Of a stretch of DNA of 64,000 nucleotides, positions 38,353 to 48,066 are shown piece after piece. The notes beneath the pieces were generated by a model. That model saw only the letters and a program-made list of their open reading frames with translations, searched no databases and had not been told where the DNA came from. The DNA is taken from positions 704,001-768,000 of the forward strand of contig CAVUAK010000001.1 in the NCBI GenBank assembly GCA_963739455.1, written 5' to 3'. Each line of letters opens with the position of its first letter. Positions within the stretch are counted from its first letter, which is position 1. Both the position numbers and the translations under genes were made by a program. This DNA comes from an uncultured Gemmatimonadales bacterium. Lineage in GTDB: Bacteria; Gemmatimonadota; Gemmatimonadetes; Gemmatimonadales; GWC2-71-9.

Positions 38353-41018
38353 ATGCTGTTTGCACTGCTCCTGCAGGTGGCACTTGTCGCGTCGCCAGCG
38401 GCGCCAGGGGGCGATGCACCACCCGATTCGGTGGCACTCGCCGCTGCGCGTAACGTGCATGCCGTGCGTACCATGGAACCGGTGCGCGTCGACGGCATCC
38501 TCGACGACAGCGTCTGGGCCCTGGCCACACCGGTATCGGCGTTTGTGCAGCGGGAACCCAAGGAAGGCGCGCCGGCCACGGAGCGCACCGACGTGCGCGT
38601 GGTGTTCGACAACGGCGCGATCTACATCGGCGCCGAGATGTTCGACGCGGCACCCGACTCGATCGTGACGCAGCTGGCGCGGCGGGACAACTGGGTGAGC
38701 GCCGACCGCTTCTACGTGTTCCTCGATCCCTACCGCGACAAGCAGACGGGCTTCTACTTCGCGCTGAATGCATCCGGCGTGCAGTACGACGGCACGCTCA
38801 TGAACGACGACTGGGACGACAACACCTGGGACGGGGTGTGGCAGGGGGCGGTGCACCGCACCGCTACCGGATGGACAGCGGAGATGCGCATTCCCTACTC
38901 GCAGCTCCGGTTCAAGCCGGGCGCTGACCAGCTGTGGGGCATCAACTTCGAGCGGGATATCGCCCGGAGGAACGAGCGGGACTACCTGACCTTCACGCCA
39001 AGCAACGCCAGCGGTTTCGTGTCGCGCTTTCCGGAGCTGCAGGGAATGGCGCAGCTCGACCCGCCGCGTCGGCTCGAGCTGCTGCCCTATGCCACGGCAC
39101 GGGCAGAGTACGTCTCGCACGATCCCGGGCGATCCCTACAACGACGGCTCGGTGTACGGCATGGGTGTCGGCGGCGACTTCCGTGTCGGGCTGGGCTCCA
39201 GCATCACCGTCAACGGCACCATCAATCCCGATTTCGGCCAGGTGGAAGTGGACCCCGCGGTGGTGAACCTGACCGACGTCGAGGTCTTCTTCCCGGAGCG
39301 GCGGCCCTTCTTCGTGGAGGGCGCCAATACCTTCGAGTTCGGCCAGGGGCGGCTCGAACAACTACTGGGGCTTCAACTGGGCATCGCACGACTTCCTGTA
39401 CACACGGCGCATCGGACGCACGCCAAGCGGTGCGACGCCGGAGGACGCGTCATACGTGGACTCGCCGGCGGGAACGCAGATCCTGGGGGCGATCAAGCTG
39501 TCGGGAAAGCTGGGTGGCTGGAATGTGGGCGCGCTCTCGTCGCTCACTCGACGCATGTTCGCCGACTACCAGATCGAAGGCGTGCCGGGGAGCGTGGAAA
39601 CCGAGCCCACGACGAGCTGGAATGCGATCCGGGTGCAGAAGGAAATCGGTGGCGGCCGCCAGGGCATCGGCGTCATCTCCACCATCACCCAGCGGTTCTT
39701 CAACGAGTCGGGGCTGCCGGCGCAGATGAATCGCGGCGCCTACACGCTGGGCGTGGATGGCTGGAGCTTCCTCGACCGGGAGAAGGTGTGGGTGCTGACG
39801 GGTTGGGCAGGTGGCAGCCTGGTGACAGGCACTACGCAGCGGATGACGGACCTGCAGCAGAGCAGCACGCACTATTTCCAGCGCCCTGACCAGGACTACC
39901 TGCACGTGGACTCGAATGCCACGAGCCTCAGTGGCTTTGCCGGACGACTGCTGGTGAACAAGCAGAAGGGCCCGGTACAGTTCAACGCCTCGCTCGGCGC
40001 ACTCAACCCCGGCTTCGAGTTGAATGACCTGGGCTTTGCGCAGCGTACCGACCACATCAACAGTCATGTGCTCACCGGCTATCGCTGGACCAAGCCGACG
40101 CGCCTGTACCGGCGGATCAACTACAACATCGCGGTGTTCGGCACGTGGGACTTCGGCCTCAACAACACCGGCGCGGGGCTGTTCACCAACGTCAACATCC
40201 AATGGAGCAACTTCTGGTGGAGCTGGTTCCGGGTGAACGTGAACCCGCAGACGCTCAACATCCGCAACACGCGGGGTGGCCCGATGATGCTCAACACCGC
40301 CGGTTTCAACATGGGCGGTGGCTTCGAGAGCGACGGCCGCAGGTCGGTGACGTACGGCCTCGACTGGTTCATGAACCGGTACCGGCAGGGCGCGGACAAC
40401 AGCTGGGGGGTGGACCCGTGGGTCGAGTGGCGCCCGATGCACCAGCTCCAGGTTCGGGTGGGCCCGAGCCTGAGCCGTAACCTGGACGGGGCGCAGTATG
40501 TCGGCACGTGGGCGGACCCGACTGCCACCGCGACCTACGGGAACCGGTATGTGTTCGGCGAGCTGGACCAATGGACGCTCTCGGGCAACTTCCGGGTGAA
40601 CTGGATCTTCACCCCGAAGCTGAGCCTCGAGCTGTTCATGCAGCCGTTTGTCTCCACCGGCAACTACCGGGTGATCAAGGAACTCGCCGCGCCGCGCACC
40701 TTCGACTTCAACGTGTATGGCGAGAACGGCTCGACCTACGATCCCTCGACGGGGATCGCGTATCCCGACGGGCCAGATGGGCCGGCGGCACCGATCGATG
40801 TGGGCAATCCCGACTTCTCCATCGGCTCCCTCCGTGGCAACGCCGTGTTGCGCTGGGAATGGCATCCGGGATCGACGGTGTTCCTCGTGTGGCAGCACAA
40901 TCGCAGCAACAGCGACGGCAACTCCGACTTCGATCCGGGGCAGTCGTTCGACAACCTCCTGCAGGCGCCCGCCGACAATGTGCTGCTGGTGAAGTTCACG
41001 TGGTGGCTGAATCCGTAG
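38353..41018 (+). CDS. CBM9-like / DUF5916 outer-membrane protein (frameshifts at about 39130 and 39350)
   Basis: VDGILDD..W, GWTAEMRIPYSQLRF, NPDFGQVEVD, FFPERRPFFVEG, terminal VKFTWWL. Confidence 0.88.
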
Positions 41019-41057
41019 GGGAGTCGGCAGTCGTGAGTCGTGAGTCGTGAGTCGCTG
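41019..41057 (+). repeat. GTCGGCA/GTCGTGA heptamer array
   Basis: ggga gtcggca (gtcgtga)x3 gtcgctg. Confidence 0.9.
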
Positions 41058-41075
41058 GGTTAGATTCTCCCGCCC

Positions 41076-42158
41076 ATGATGCGTCCGTCCATCCCTGCCC
41101 TCGCCGGGCTGTCCGCCCTCCTGATCACTGCCTGCGGCCCTGGTCCCGCGCCGGTGCCCCAGCTGTCCCTGGTGCCGGGGAGCGATTCCATTGTCGCGCC
41201 GTTCGCCGAGGCGACCGATGCGGCGTGGCTGGGCAGTGATCGCTGGGCGGTCCTGCTGCCAGGGGGGCCCGAGGCGGGCATCGTGGACTTCGCGAGCCAT
41301 TCCCAGACCAGGCTCGGCACCAAGACCACGCTGGAGAGTCCCTTCAGCCTGTTTCGGGTGGGCGACACGCTGTATGCCGGCGATCCGCTCAAGCGCCGCC
41401 TGACACTCTGGACCCTGGACGGGGGTTTTGCGCGGGACGAGCCGGCGTCCGACCTGGTGCGGGGAGCACTCCCGCGGGCACGGGACGGTTCCGGCCATTT
41501 CTTCACCGAACTCCGGCCAGCGCCTGGTTCGGATGGGAGCGGCAATCGCGACTCGGCGGTGGTGGTTGAGCTTACCGGAACCGGGGTGGATACGGTGGCG
41601 CGACTGGCACCCATCGACCTGGCCAAGGTGGCGAGCCCGACCGGCGAGCGTTTCGAGCGCCGCGTGTTCAGCGGCGTTGATCGCTGGGGCGTGTATCCCG
41701 ACGGGACGGTGTGGCTGGCGCGGGTCTATCACAATCGCGTGGATTTCCGTCGCCCTGACGGGAAGACCGTCAAGGGTGAGCCGCTGCCGGACCGGGTGCT
41801 CGAGGTAACCCGCGCTGATCGTGAGGCCTTCGTGCGCAAGTTCCCCGAGGAGCTGCGAGGCACCGCCGAACAACTGCCGTTCTCGCCGATCAAGGCGGCG
41901 TTCACCAGCGCCTTTGCCGATGCCGACGGGCGGATATGGCTCGAGGGCAGCCGCGCGGTGGACGATTCAATCCAGCGATACAACGTGGTAGGCCGCGATG
42001 GCCACCTGCAGTTCGTGGCCCTGCTGCCAGGCAGCGGGCGCGCGCTGGCCGCATCTGCAACCCAGGTGCTGGTTGCTGACCGGATAACCGGGGGCATTCG
42101 CCTGCGACTCGCACCAATACCCGCACTTCCAACGACCACTTCCGATACTACCAAGTGA
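41076..42158 (+). CDS. Lipoprotein, probable beta-propeller
   Basis: Lipobox ITAC; GDTLYAGD, PDGTVWLAR, DADGRIWL. Confidence 0.7.
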   Translation: MMRPSIPALAGLSALLITACGPGPAPVPQLSLVPGSDSIVAPFAEATDAAWLGSDRWAVLLPGGPEAGIVDFASHSQTRLGTKTTLESPFSLFRVGDTLYAGDPLKRRLTLWTLDGGFARDEPASDLVRGALPRARDGSGHFFTELRPAPGSDGSGNRDSAVVVELTGTGVDTVARLAPIDLAKVASPTGERFERRVFSGVDRWGVYPDGTVWLARVYHNRVDFRRPDGKTVKGEPLPDRVLEVTRADREAFVRKFPEELRGTAEQLPFSPIKAAFTSAFADADGRIWLEGSRAVDDSIQRYNVVGRDGHLQFVALLPGSGRALAASATQVLVADRITGGIRLRLAPIPALPTTTSDTTK

Positions 42159-42163
42159 GAGTG

Positions 42164-43249
42164 ATGAGAAGCCGCCATTCCCTGTCGATCGCCGCTACCG
42201 TCCTGCTGGCAGGCTGCGGTCCCAAGGTGCCCTCGGTGACGCTCGCCGTGGAGAAGAAGCTCAACGCGACGTTCAGCAACGTGAGCAACGTGGTGGAGAT
42301 CGAGGGCGGGCTCGTGGCGTTCGCCGACCCGATTGCACGGCGCTTCCACACCGGCAATTTCGCAACCGGAGCGGTCGATACCGTGGGCGTCCCCGTGGAC
42401 TCGATGCCGGTCGATGCCCCTGCGTCGCTGTACAAGCGACCGGGCTGGGTGGCCCAGCTCGGCTTCGACACGGTGGCGGTCGTGGATTTCGGGGCGACCC
42501 GCACGACGCTGTGGACGCCGGCGGGTTTCGCGCGGGTCCTCGCCATTCCCGTTGTGGGCGGCCTGACACCGGTGCTGGCGTACGACACCGTTGGTCATGG
42601 CTACAAGGCCGACTTCCGTACGGTGACGGGAGGCGCGGAGCCAGGCACGCAGATGCGGAAGGACAGCCTTCCGGTGCTGCGAATGAACCTGGCGAGCGGC
42701 GTGGTCGACACGGTGGCGCGACTGAGCGTGCCGGAGTTCGGGGAAGCGAAGTTCGGCCCGCAGATCCAGACGGTGGCGCAGATCTTCGGCCCGACCGACA
42801 TCTTCGGCGCGCTGCCTGACGGCTCGATCTGGGTGGCGCGTGCACGCACGATGTCGGTGGACTGGCGCTCGCCCGATGGCACCTGGACGCGCGGTGCCGA
42901 GCACAGCTACGCAAAGGTGGCGGTAACCGACGAGGACAAGACGCGGGTGATGGACCGGCTGCATGCGCGCGGCATGCCGAGCAACGTGGAAGTGGTGTTC
43001 CCCTTCGCGAAGACCAAGCCGTCGTTCGAGGCGGCCATCGGCCGGCCCGGTGGCGAGGTGTGGCTGCAGGTCAGTCGCGCGGACGAGAACGACCCGATCA
43101 CCTACGCCGTGATCGGGAGAGACGGCACCATGCTGAGGACGGTCACGATGCCGGCCGGTGTGGGGCTCACCAGCATCTCGAGCGCATACGCCTATGGTGC
43201 GATGAAGAACGGCGAGGGACGGGACCTGGTACGCCTGGCGCTGCAATAG
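42164..43249 (+). CDS. Lipoprotein, probable beta-propeller, paralogue of the upstream gene
   Basis: Lipobox LAGC; VDTVARL, PDGSIWVAR, VDWRSPDG resemble the upstream ORF. Confidence 0.7.
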   Translation: MRSRHSLSIAATVLLAGCGPKVPSVTLAVEKKLNATFSNVSNVVEIEGGLVAFADPIARRFHTGNFATGAVDTVGVPVDSMPVDAPASLYKRPGWVAQLGFDTVAVVDFGATRTTLWTPAGFARVLAIPVVGGLTPVLAYDTVGHGYKADFRTVTGGAEPGTQMRKDSLPVLRMNLASGVVDTVARLSVPEFGEAKFGPQIQTVAQIFGPTDIFGALPDGSIWVARARTMSVDWRSPDGTWTRGAEHSYAKVAVTDEDKTRVMDRLHARGMPSNVEVVFPFAKTKPSFEAAIGRPGGEVWLQVSRADENDPITYAVIGRDGTMLRTVTMPAGVGLTSISSAYAYGAMKNGEGRDLVRLALQ

Positions 43250-43258
43250 GGGCTCAGC

Positions 43259-44305
43259 TCAGCCCGCTCCACCACCCAGATCGATGACCACCTTGCCCGT
43301 CTGTTCACCGCGGGCAAGGCGCCCAAAGGCCTCGAGGGCACGGTCGAACGGGAGCACCTGGTCTACGTGAGGCCAGAGCAGTCCCTCCCCCGCCAGGCGC
43401 ACGATCTCGCGATACTCCGCATGGCTCCCCAGGGTCGATCCCAGCAGCGACCAGTGGTGCCAGAACAGCCGACGCAAGTCGATGCTGACATGCGGCCCAC
43501 CGGTGGCGCCACAAGTGACCAGCGTTCCTCCCCTCCGGAGCAGCCGCGTCGATCGTTGCCAGGTTGGCTCCCCCACACTCTCCACGATGATATCGGCGCC
43601 GCGGTTGGCAGTGAGCTCCCGCACCCGCGCCACCACGTCTTCAGTGGCATGGTTCACGAGACCCTCCGCCCCATAGCGGCGCGCTACCTCCAGCTTCTCC
43701 GCCTTGCTGCTCGTGGCAATGACGCGCGCCCCGTGGTGCACCGCGACCTGGACGGCGGCAAGTGCGACACCGCCGCCGACGCCCCAGATGAGCACGGTGT
43801 CCCCAGCCCTGATGCGTGCGCGCGTGGCGAGCATGCGCCACGCGGTGAGGGTCGCAAGGGAAAACGCAGCCGCCTGGGCCCAGGACATGGACGCCGGGAC
43901 GGCGCCGAGGTTCGACTCGGGCACCACGATCAGCTCGGCGAGCGTGCCGCTCCGATGCTCGCCGAGCACCTGGAGAGCGGCACAGAGTGACTCGTCGCCA
44001 CGAAGGCACTCGGCGCACGTCCCGCATGACACGCCGGGGTTGATCATGACCCGGTCGCCCGGGCGCACGCCGGTGACGCCACTCCCGACCGACTCCACGA
44101 CCCCGGCCCCGTCCGATCCCACGATGTGGGGGAAGGTGTAGGCCACCCCGGGCAGCCCATCGGCCACAAAGAGGTCCAACCGGTTGAGTGCGGCGGCCCG
44201 GAGCCGGACCCGGACGTCATGGGGGGCCCGGATCTGTGGAGCGGGGACCTCGGCCAGCCTGAGGTGTTCCCGGCCCCCCACCGACTCGAGGACGAGGGCG
44301 CGCAT
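43259..44305 (-). CDS. Zinc-binding medium-chain dehydrogenase/reductase
   Basis: ALNRLD, GSDGAG, CGTCAEC..C structural Zn site, GVGGGV. Confidence 0.9.
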   Translation of the reverse strand: MRALVLESVGGREHLRLAEVPAPQIRAPHDVRVRLRAAALNRLDLFVADGLPGVAYTFPHIVGSDGAGVVESVGSGVTGVRPGDRVMINPGVSCGTCAECLRGDESLCAALQVLGEHRSGTLAELIVVPESNLGAVPASMSWAQAAAFSLATLTAWRMLATRARIRAGDTVLIWGVGGGVALAAVQVAVHHGARVIATSSKAEKLEVARRYGAEGLVNHATEDVVARVRELTANRGADIIVESVGEPTWQRSTRLLRRGGTLVTCGATGGPHVSIDLRRLFWHHWSLLGSTLGSHAEYREIVRLAGEGLLWPHVDQVLPFDRALEAFGRLARGEQTGKVVIDLGGGAG

Positions 44306-44514
44306 GAGGAAGCCGGCGCCGTCAGGCGTACCTGTTGCAAGCAGGTTCATCGGATGACAGCCTTTGCAGTCATGGCGTCTGCTTTTCCGGTTCGCGCGCA
44401 ATAGTGCAGCTTGCAGAGCGAGTGAACTTGTGCATCTTAGGAGCGTTGGCGGAAGGCCCTATCGCCTCGACCGCGGCGGGTATCGCCGCATTCCAGGTAC
44501 CACAGGAGCGTACG

Positions 44515-44964
44515 ATGGCCGAGCTTGAGTCGAGCTGGCAGAGCGCCGGGTGGATGGACGAACTCCCAGGGTCAGCGGAACCGGCATTGCCCCCACCACC
44601 GCCCCCGACCCCCCCGGCGCCGTCACTGGCCGAGCGGGTGAAGACGGCGGTGGTAAAGGCTGAGCAGGCGGTCGAGAAGGCCGTTTCCAAGGCGGGCAAG
44701 GCGGTGAAAAAGGTCGCCAAGAAGGCGAAGCGCCGGGCGGCAGCGCGGAAGGTCGTTCGGAAGGTCAAGAAGACGGTCAAGAAGGCGAAGAGGAGCGCCA
44801 AGAAGGCGGCTCGGAAGGCGAAGCGGACCACGAAGAAGGCCGCCCGGAAGACGAAGCGGACCACGAGGAAGGCGGCCCGGAAGACGAAGCGGACCGTGAA
44901 GAAGGCAGCGCGGAAGGGGAAGCGGACCGCGAAGAAGGCGGCCCGCAAGGCAAAGCGCCGCTAG
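44515..44964 (+). CDS. Histone H1-like Lys/Arg/Ala-rich protein
   Basis: RBS AGGAG; five KKAARKxKRTx repeats. Confidence 0.75.
   Translation: MAELESSWQSAGWMDELPGSAEPALPPPPPPTPPAPSLAERVKTAVVKAEQAVEKAVSKAGKAVKKVAKKAKRRAAARKVVRKVKKTVKKAKRSAKKAARKAKRTTKKAARKTKRTTRKAARKTKRTVKKAARKGKRTAKKAARKAKRR
44800..44961 (+). repeat. 33-nt coding tandem repeat x5
   Basis: aagaaggcNgcNcggaagNNgaagcggaccNNg units. Confidence 0.85.
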
Positions 44965-44980
44965 CCTGTTTATGAATTCC

Positions 44981-45020
44981 AACGCCCCGACTCTCATGGA
45001 GCCGGGGCGTTGTGTATTTT
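44981..45020 (+). terminator. Probable intrinsic terminator
   Basis: AACGCCCCG..CGGGGCGTT followed by gtgtatttt. Confidence 0.6.
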
Positions 45021-45046
45021 ACGGCTTCCCACGTCCCCGGACCCGA

Positions 45047-46390
45047 ATGCCGAAGCACCTTTTGGTCCTGCTGCTCGCAGCGGTCGCCTGCAACCGTGCA
45101 CCACCCGACGGGGTGGCGCTGGTGGGTGCCACGGTGTTCGATGGTTCGTCGGCGCAGCCGCAGACGGACCAGGTCATCATCGTCCGCAACGACAAGATCG
45201 AGGCGATCGGGACGCGCGCGGAGGTGGATGTCCCGAGGCGGATGCGCACGGTGGACCTCACCGGCAAGTTCATCGTGCCGGGCCTGATCGACGGTCACGT
45301 GCACCTGCAGCGCTGGACGCTTCCGCGCTTCCTGGCCGCCGGCGTCACCAGCGTGCGCGACGTGCATGGTCCCTTCGATTCCATCCTGGCCCTCCGGGAA
45401 CAGGCAAACCTCGGATCACTGACCAGTCCACGCATCTTCAGCGCCGGTGCGATGATCGACGCGGCGCCGGCGACCTACTCGGATGCGTTCGTGGTGGGCG
45501 GCGCCAATGAAGCGCGCAAGGCGGTGGACAAGCTCGCGGTCGCAGGCGTCGACTATGTGAAGACCTACACGAGGATCACTCCCGACCTGCTGCGCGCCAT
45601 CGTGGACGAGGCGCAGACCTTCGGCCTCAGGGTGACGGTGCACCTCGGGCTGACTGATGCGGTCACGGCCGGCGACCTGGGGGTGCGGGCCATCGAGCAC
45701 ATGAGCGGCGTGCCGGAGGCAGCGGTCGCCAACAACGCGCCGATCTATGCGGCGCATCGCGCGGGCTTCTTCGACGGCTGGACCGCCTTCGAGAAGGCGT
45801 GGGCGGGCCTCGATTCGACGGCGATGGCGCGAGTGGCCGAGAAGCTGGTGGCTGACCGGGTGACCATAGTGCCGACGCTGGTGCTGCACGAGACGCTGAG
45901 CCGCCTGGATGATCCCGCGTTCATGCAGGACAGCGCGCTCAGGATGGTTCCCGACTCGGAGATGAGCCGGTGGGACGTGCCTGGCATGGTGGCGCGCGCC
46001 GGGTGGACCACGCCCGACTTCGAGGCGTTCCGGGCGTCGCGCCCGAACCAGGACCTGTTCGTTCGCATCTTCCGCGCGAGTGGTGGAAAGGTGGTGGCCG
46101 GGACGGACGCGGCCAACCAGCTGATCGTTCCCGGACAGAGCCTGATCCGCGAGCTCGAGCTGCTGGTGCAGGCAGGCTTCTCCAATACCGATGCGCTCTT
46201 TGCCGCCACGCGTGACGCCGCGCTGCTGCTGGGCGCCGATTCGCTTGGTGCGCTCGTGCCCGGCCGCAAGGCCGACCTCGTGATCCTCTCGCGCGACCCG
46301 GTGGCGGACATCAGCAACCTGCGGAGTATCCAGCAGGTGATGGTGCGCGGCCACCTGATGTCGACCGACTCACTGCGACGCAACTGGTAG
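45047..46390 (+). CDS. Amidohydrolase family lipoprotein
   Basis: PGLIDGHVH, GVTSVRD, AIEH, AGTDA, PGRKADLVIL. Confidence 0.9.
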   Translation: MPKHLLVLLLAAVACNRAPPDGVALVGATVFDGSSAQPQTDQVIIVRNDKIEAIGTRAEVDVPRRMRTVDLTGKFIVPGLIDGHVHLQRWTLPRFLAAGVTSVRDVHGPFDSILALREQANLGSLTSPRIFSAGAMIDAAPATYSDAFVVGGANEARKAVDKLAVAGVDYVKTYTRITPDLLRAIVDEAQTFGLRVTVHLGLTDAVTAGDLGVRAIEHMSGVPEAAVANNAPIYAAHRAGFFDGWTAFEKAWAGLDSTAMARVAEKLVADRVTIVPTLVLHETLSRLDDPAFMQDSALRMVPDSEMSRWDVPGMVARAGWTTPDFEAFRASRPNQDLFVRIFRASGGKVVAGTDAANQLIVPGQSLIRELELLVQAGFSNTDALFAATRDAALLLGADSLGALVPGRKADLVILSRDPVADISNLRSIQQVMVRGHLMSTDSLRRNW

Positions 46391-46392
46391 CG

Positions 46393-46752
46393 ATGTCGCT
46401 TTCGCGCATTGTCCTGGCCTGGCTCGCCACCAGCGCATGGTTTGCGCTGGCCGAGCTGGCGCTGGCGCGCCTGCGAGGACAGCCGGGGGCGGGCCGGGGC
46501 CCGGCCCCACGGTGGGTGCCCGCCGTGGAAGGAATGCTCTTCACGCTGTTCGGGGCGCTGTGGTTCGGGAGTTTCGGGCCGGGGCGAGGGGGTTGGATCC
46601 TGTTGTTCGTGCTGCTGGGGTTGTTGCTGGAGCTGCCGGTGCGGCTCAGGGATGCGGTACAGCGGTCGCAACCACGCGGACTGGTCGCCGCCGTTGCGAT
46701 TGGAGCAATGCGATGGGTGGTGGCGGGTGGGATTCTCGCGTTGATCCTGTGA
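46393..46752 (+). CDS. Small multi-TM membrane protein
   Basis: Four hydrophobic segments; operonic position. Confidence 0.6.
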   Translation: MSLSRIVLAWLATSAWFALAELALARLRGQPGAGRGPAPRWVPAVEGMLFTLFGALWFGSFGPGRGGWILLFVLLGLLLELPVRLRDAVQRSQPRGLVAAVAIGAMRWVVAGGILALIL

Positions 46753-46793
46753 ACTGCGTGAGGAGGAACTGAAACAGCGTGAGGAGTGAGGAG
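46751..46793 (+). repeat. CGTGAGGA-core repeat overlapping the selD start
   Basis: Matches 2747-2811. Confidence 0.75.
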
Positions 46794-47837
46794 GCACTAC
46801 CGCCGCGGCTGACAAGCCTGTCTCACGGGGCTGGGTGCGCGTGCAAGCTGGGTCCTTCCGAGCTGGCGGAAGTACTGCGACACATTCCTCAGGTATCCCA
46901 CCCTTCCCTGCTGGTTGATGCGTCTACCAGGGATGATGCTGCCGTCTATCGGCTCTCCGCAGACCGGGCACTGGTGGCTACCGTGGATTTCTTCACGCCC
47001 ATCGTCGATGACGCAGCCGACTGGGGCGCGATCGCGGCTGCGAATGCGCTCAGTGACGTCTATGCCATGGGAGGCACACCGCTGCTGGCACTCAACGTGA
47101 CGGCATGGCCGCGGGAGACGCTGCCACTCGAATTGCTGGGTGAGGTGCTCGGGGGTGCTGCCGCGGTGTGCCGCGAGGCGGGATGCCTGGTGGCGGGCGG
47201 CCATACGGTCGATGACCCGGAGCCCAAGTTCGGGATGGCGGTGATCGGCGAGGTGCACCCCGACCGGATGCTGACGAACTCGCGCGCACTGCCAGGTGAT
47301 GTACTCGTGCTCACGAAGCCGCTCGGCACGGGGGTTCTCACGACGGCACACAAGCGGGATCTCTGCGGCTACGATGAACTGGCCCCGGCCGTGGCTTCGA
47401 TGCGCATGCTCAACGCGGGCGCCGCTCGGGCAGCGGTGCGCTCGGGCGTGCACTCGGCCACGGACGTGACGGGATTCGGGCTGCTCGGCCACCTGCACAA
47501 CATGCTGATGGCGAGTGGCGTCGGCGCGGAGATCCACGTCGCAGCACTGCCAGTGCTTCCTGGCGTGCGGGACCTGGTGCGGCGCGGCGCCGTCGCGGGC
47601 GGTACCAGGCGGAACCTGGAGGCGCGGGGTGACGTGAACTGGGGGGAATCGGTGACCGAGCTTGATCGTATCATCTGTGCCGACGCGCAGACGTCGGGAG
47701 GCCTGCTGCTCGCCGTGTCCGAACAGGATGTGGCCTCTTTGCAGCGCGCGCTCCAGGACGAGGGGGCACTTGAGAGCGCCATCGTGGGCCGGTGCATCGC
47801 TGGAGTTCCAGGCGCCACCCGCGTGCTGGCGGGATGA
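46779..47837 (+). CDS. selD: Selenide, water dikinase (Cys-type)
   Basis: HGAGCACK, DDAAV, TVDFFTPIVDD, ANALSDVYAMG, TDVTGFGLLGH, DAQTSGGLL. Confidence 0.95.
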   Translation: MRSEEALPPRLTSLSHGAGCACKLGPSELAEVLRHIPQVSHPSLLVDASTRDDAAVYRLSADRALVATVDFFTPIVDDAADWGAIAAANALSDVYAMGGTPLLALNVTAWPRETLPLELLGEVLGGAAAVCREAGCLVAGGHTVDDPEPKFGMAVIGEVHPDRMLTNSRALPGDVLVLTKPLGTGVLTTAHKRDLCGYDELAPAVASMRMLNAGAARAAVRSGVHSATDVTGFGLLGHLHNMLMASGVGAEIHVAALPVLPGVRDLVRRGAVAGGTRRNLEARGDVNWGESVTELDRIICADAQTSGGLLLAVSEQDVASLQRALQDEGALESAIVGRCIAGVPGATRVLAG

Positions 47838-47841
47838 CGCG

Positions 47842-48066
47842 ATGAGTATTCGCTGGACACCAGAGCGGATGGACCGGCTCGAATCGGCGGCCCGACGCGG
47901 CCTGCGGGTGACACTGTCGCGCCGGGGGACGGAGTACGTGGTCGTGGCGCGGCAGGTGACCATGAAGGGCGGCAAGGAGGTCTTCATCGGCTTCCTGCCG
48001 ATGACCGGCGAGGAACTGGTGTTCGTGCTGAATGACCTGGATGCGTTCGAGGTGATCGGGCTGTGA
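47842..48066 (+). CDS. Hypothetical 74-aa protein
   Basis: MSIRWTPERMDRLE..RRGTEYVV; fills the gap and overlaps the rnhA start. Confidence 0.65.
   Translation: MSIRWTPERMDRLESAARRGLRVTLSRRGTEYVVVARQVTMKGGKEVFIGFLPMTGEELVFVLNDLDAFEVIGL

Noticed and set aside
39450..41873. 807-aa minus-strand ORF and other long antisense ORFs (e.g. 61627..63897, 18718..20283)
   Set aside because: Shadow ORFs opposite well-supported genes in high-GC DNA, with no recognisable motifs.
46820..46850. Selenocysteine codon in selD
   Set aside because: Both Cys codons are TGC; no in-frame TGA. No tRNA-Sec recognised nearby.
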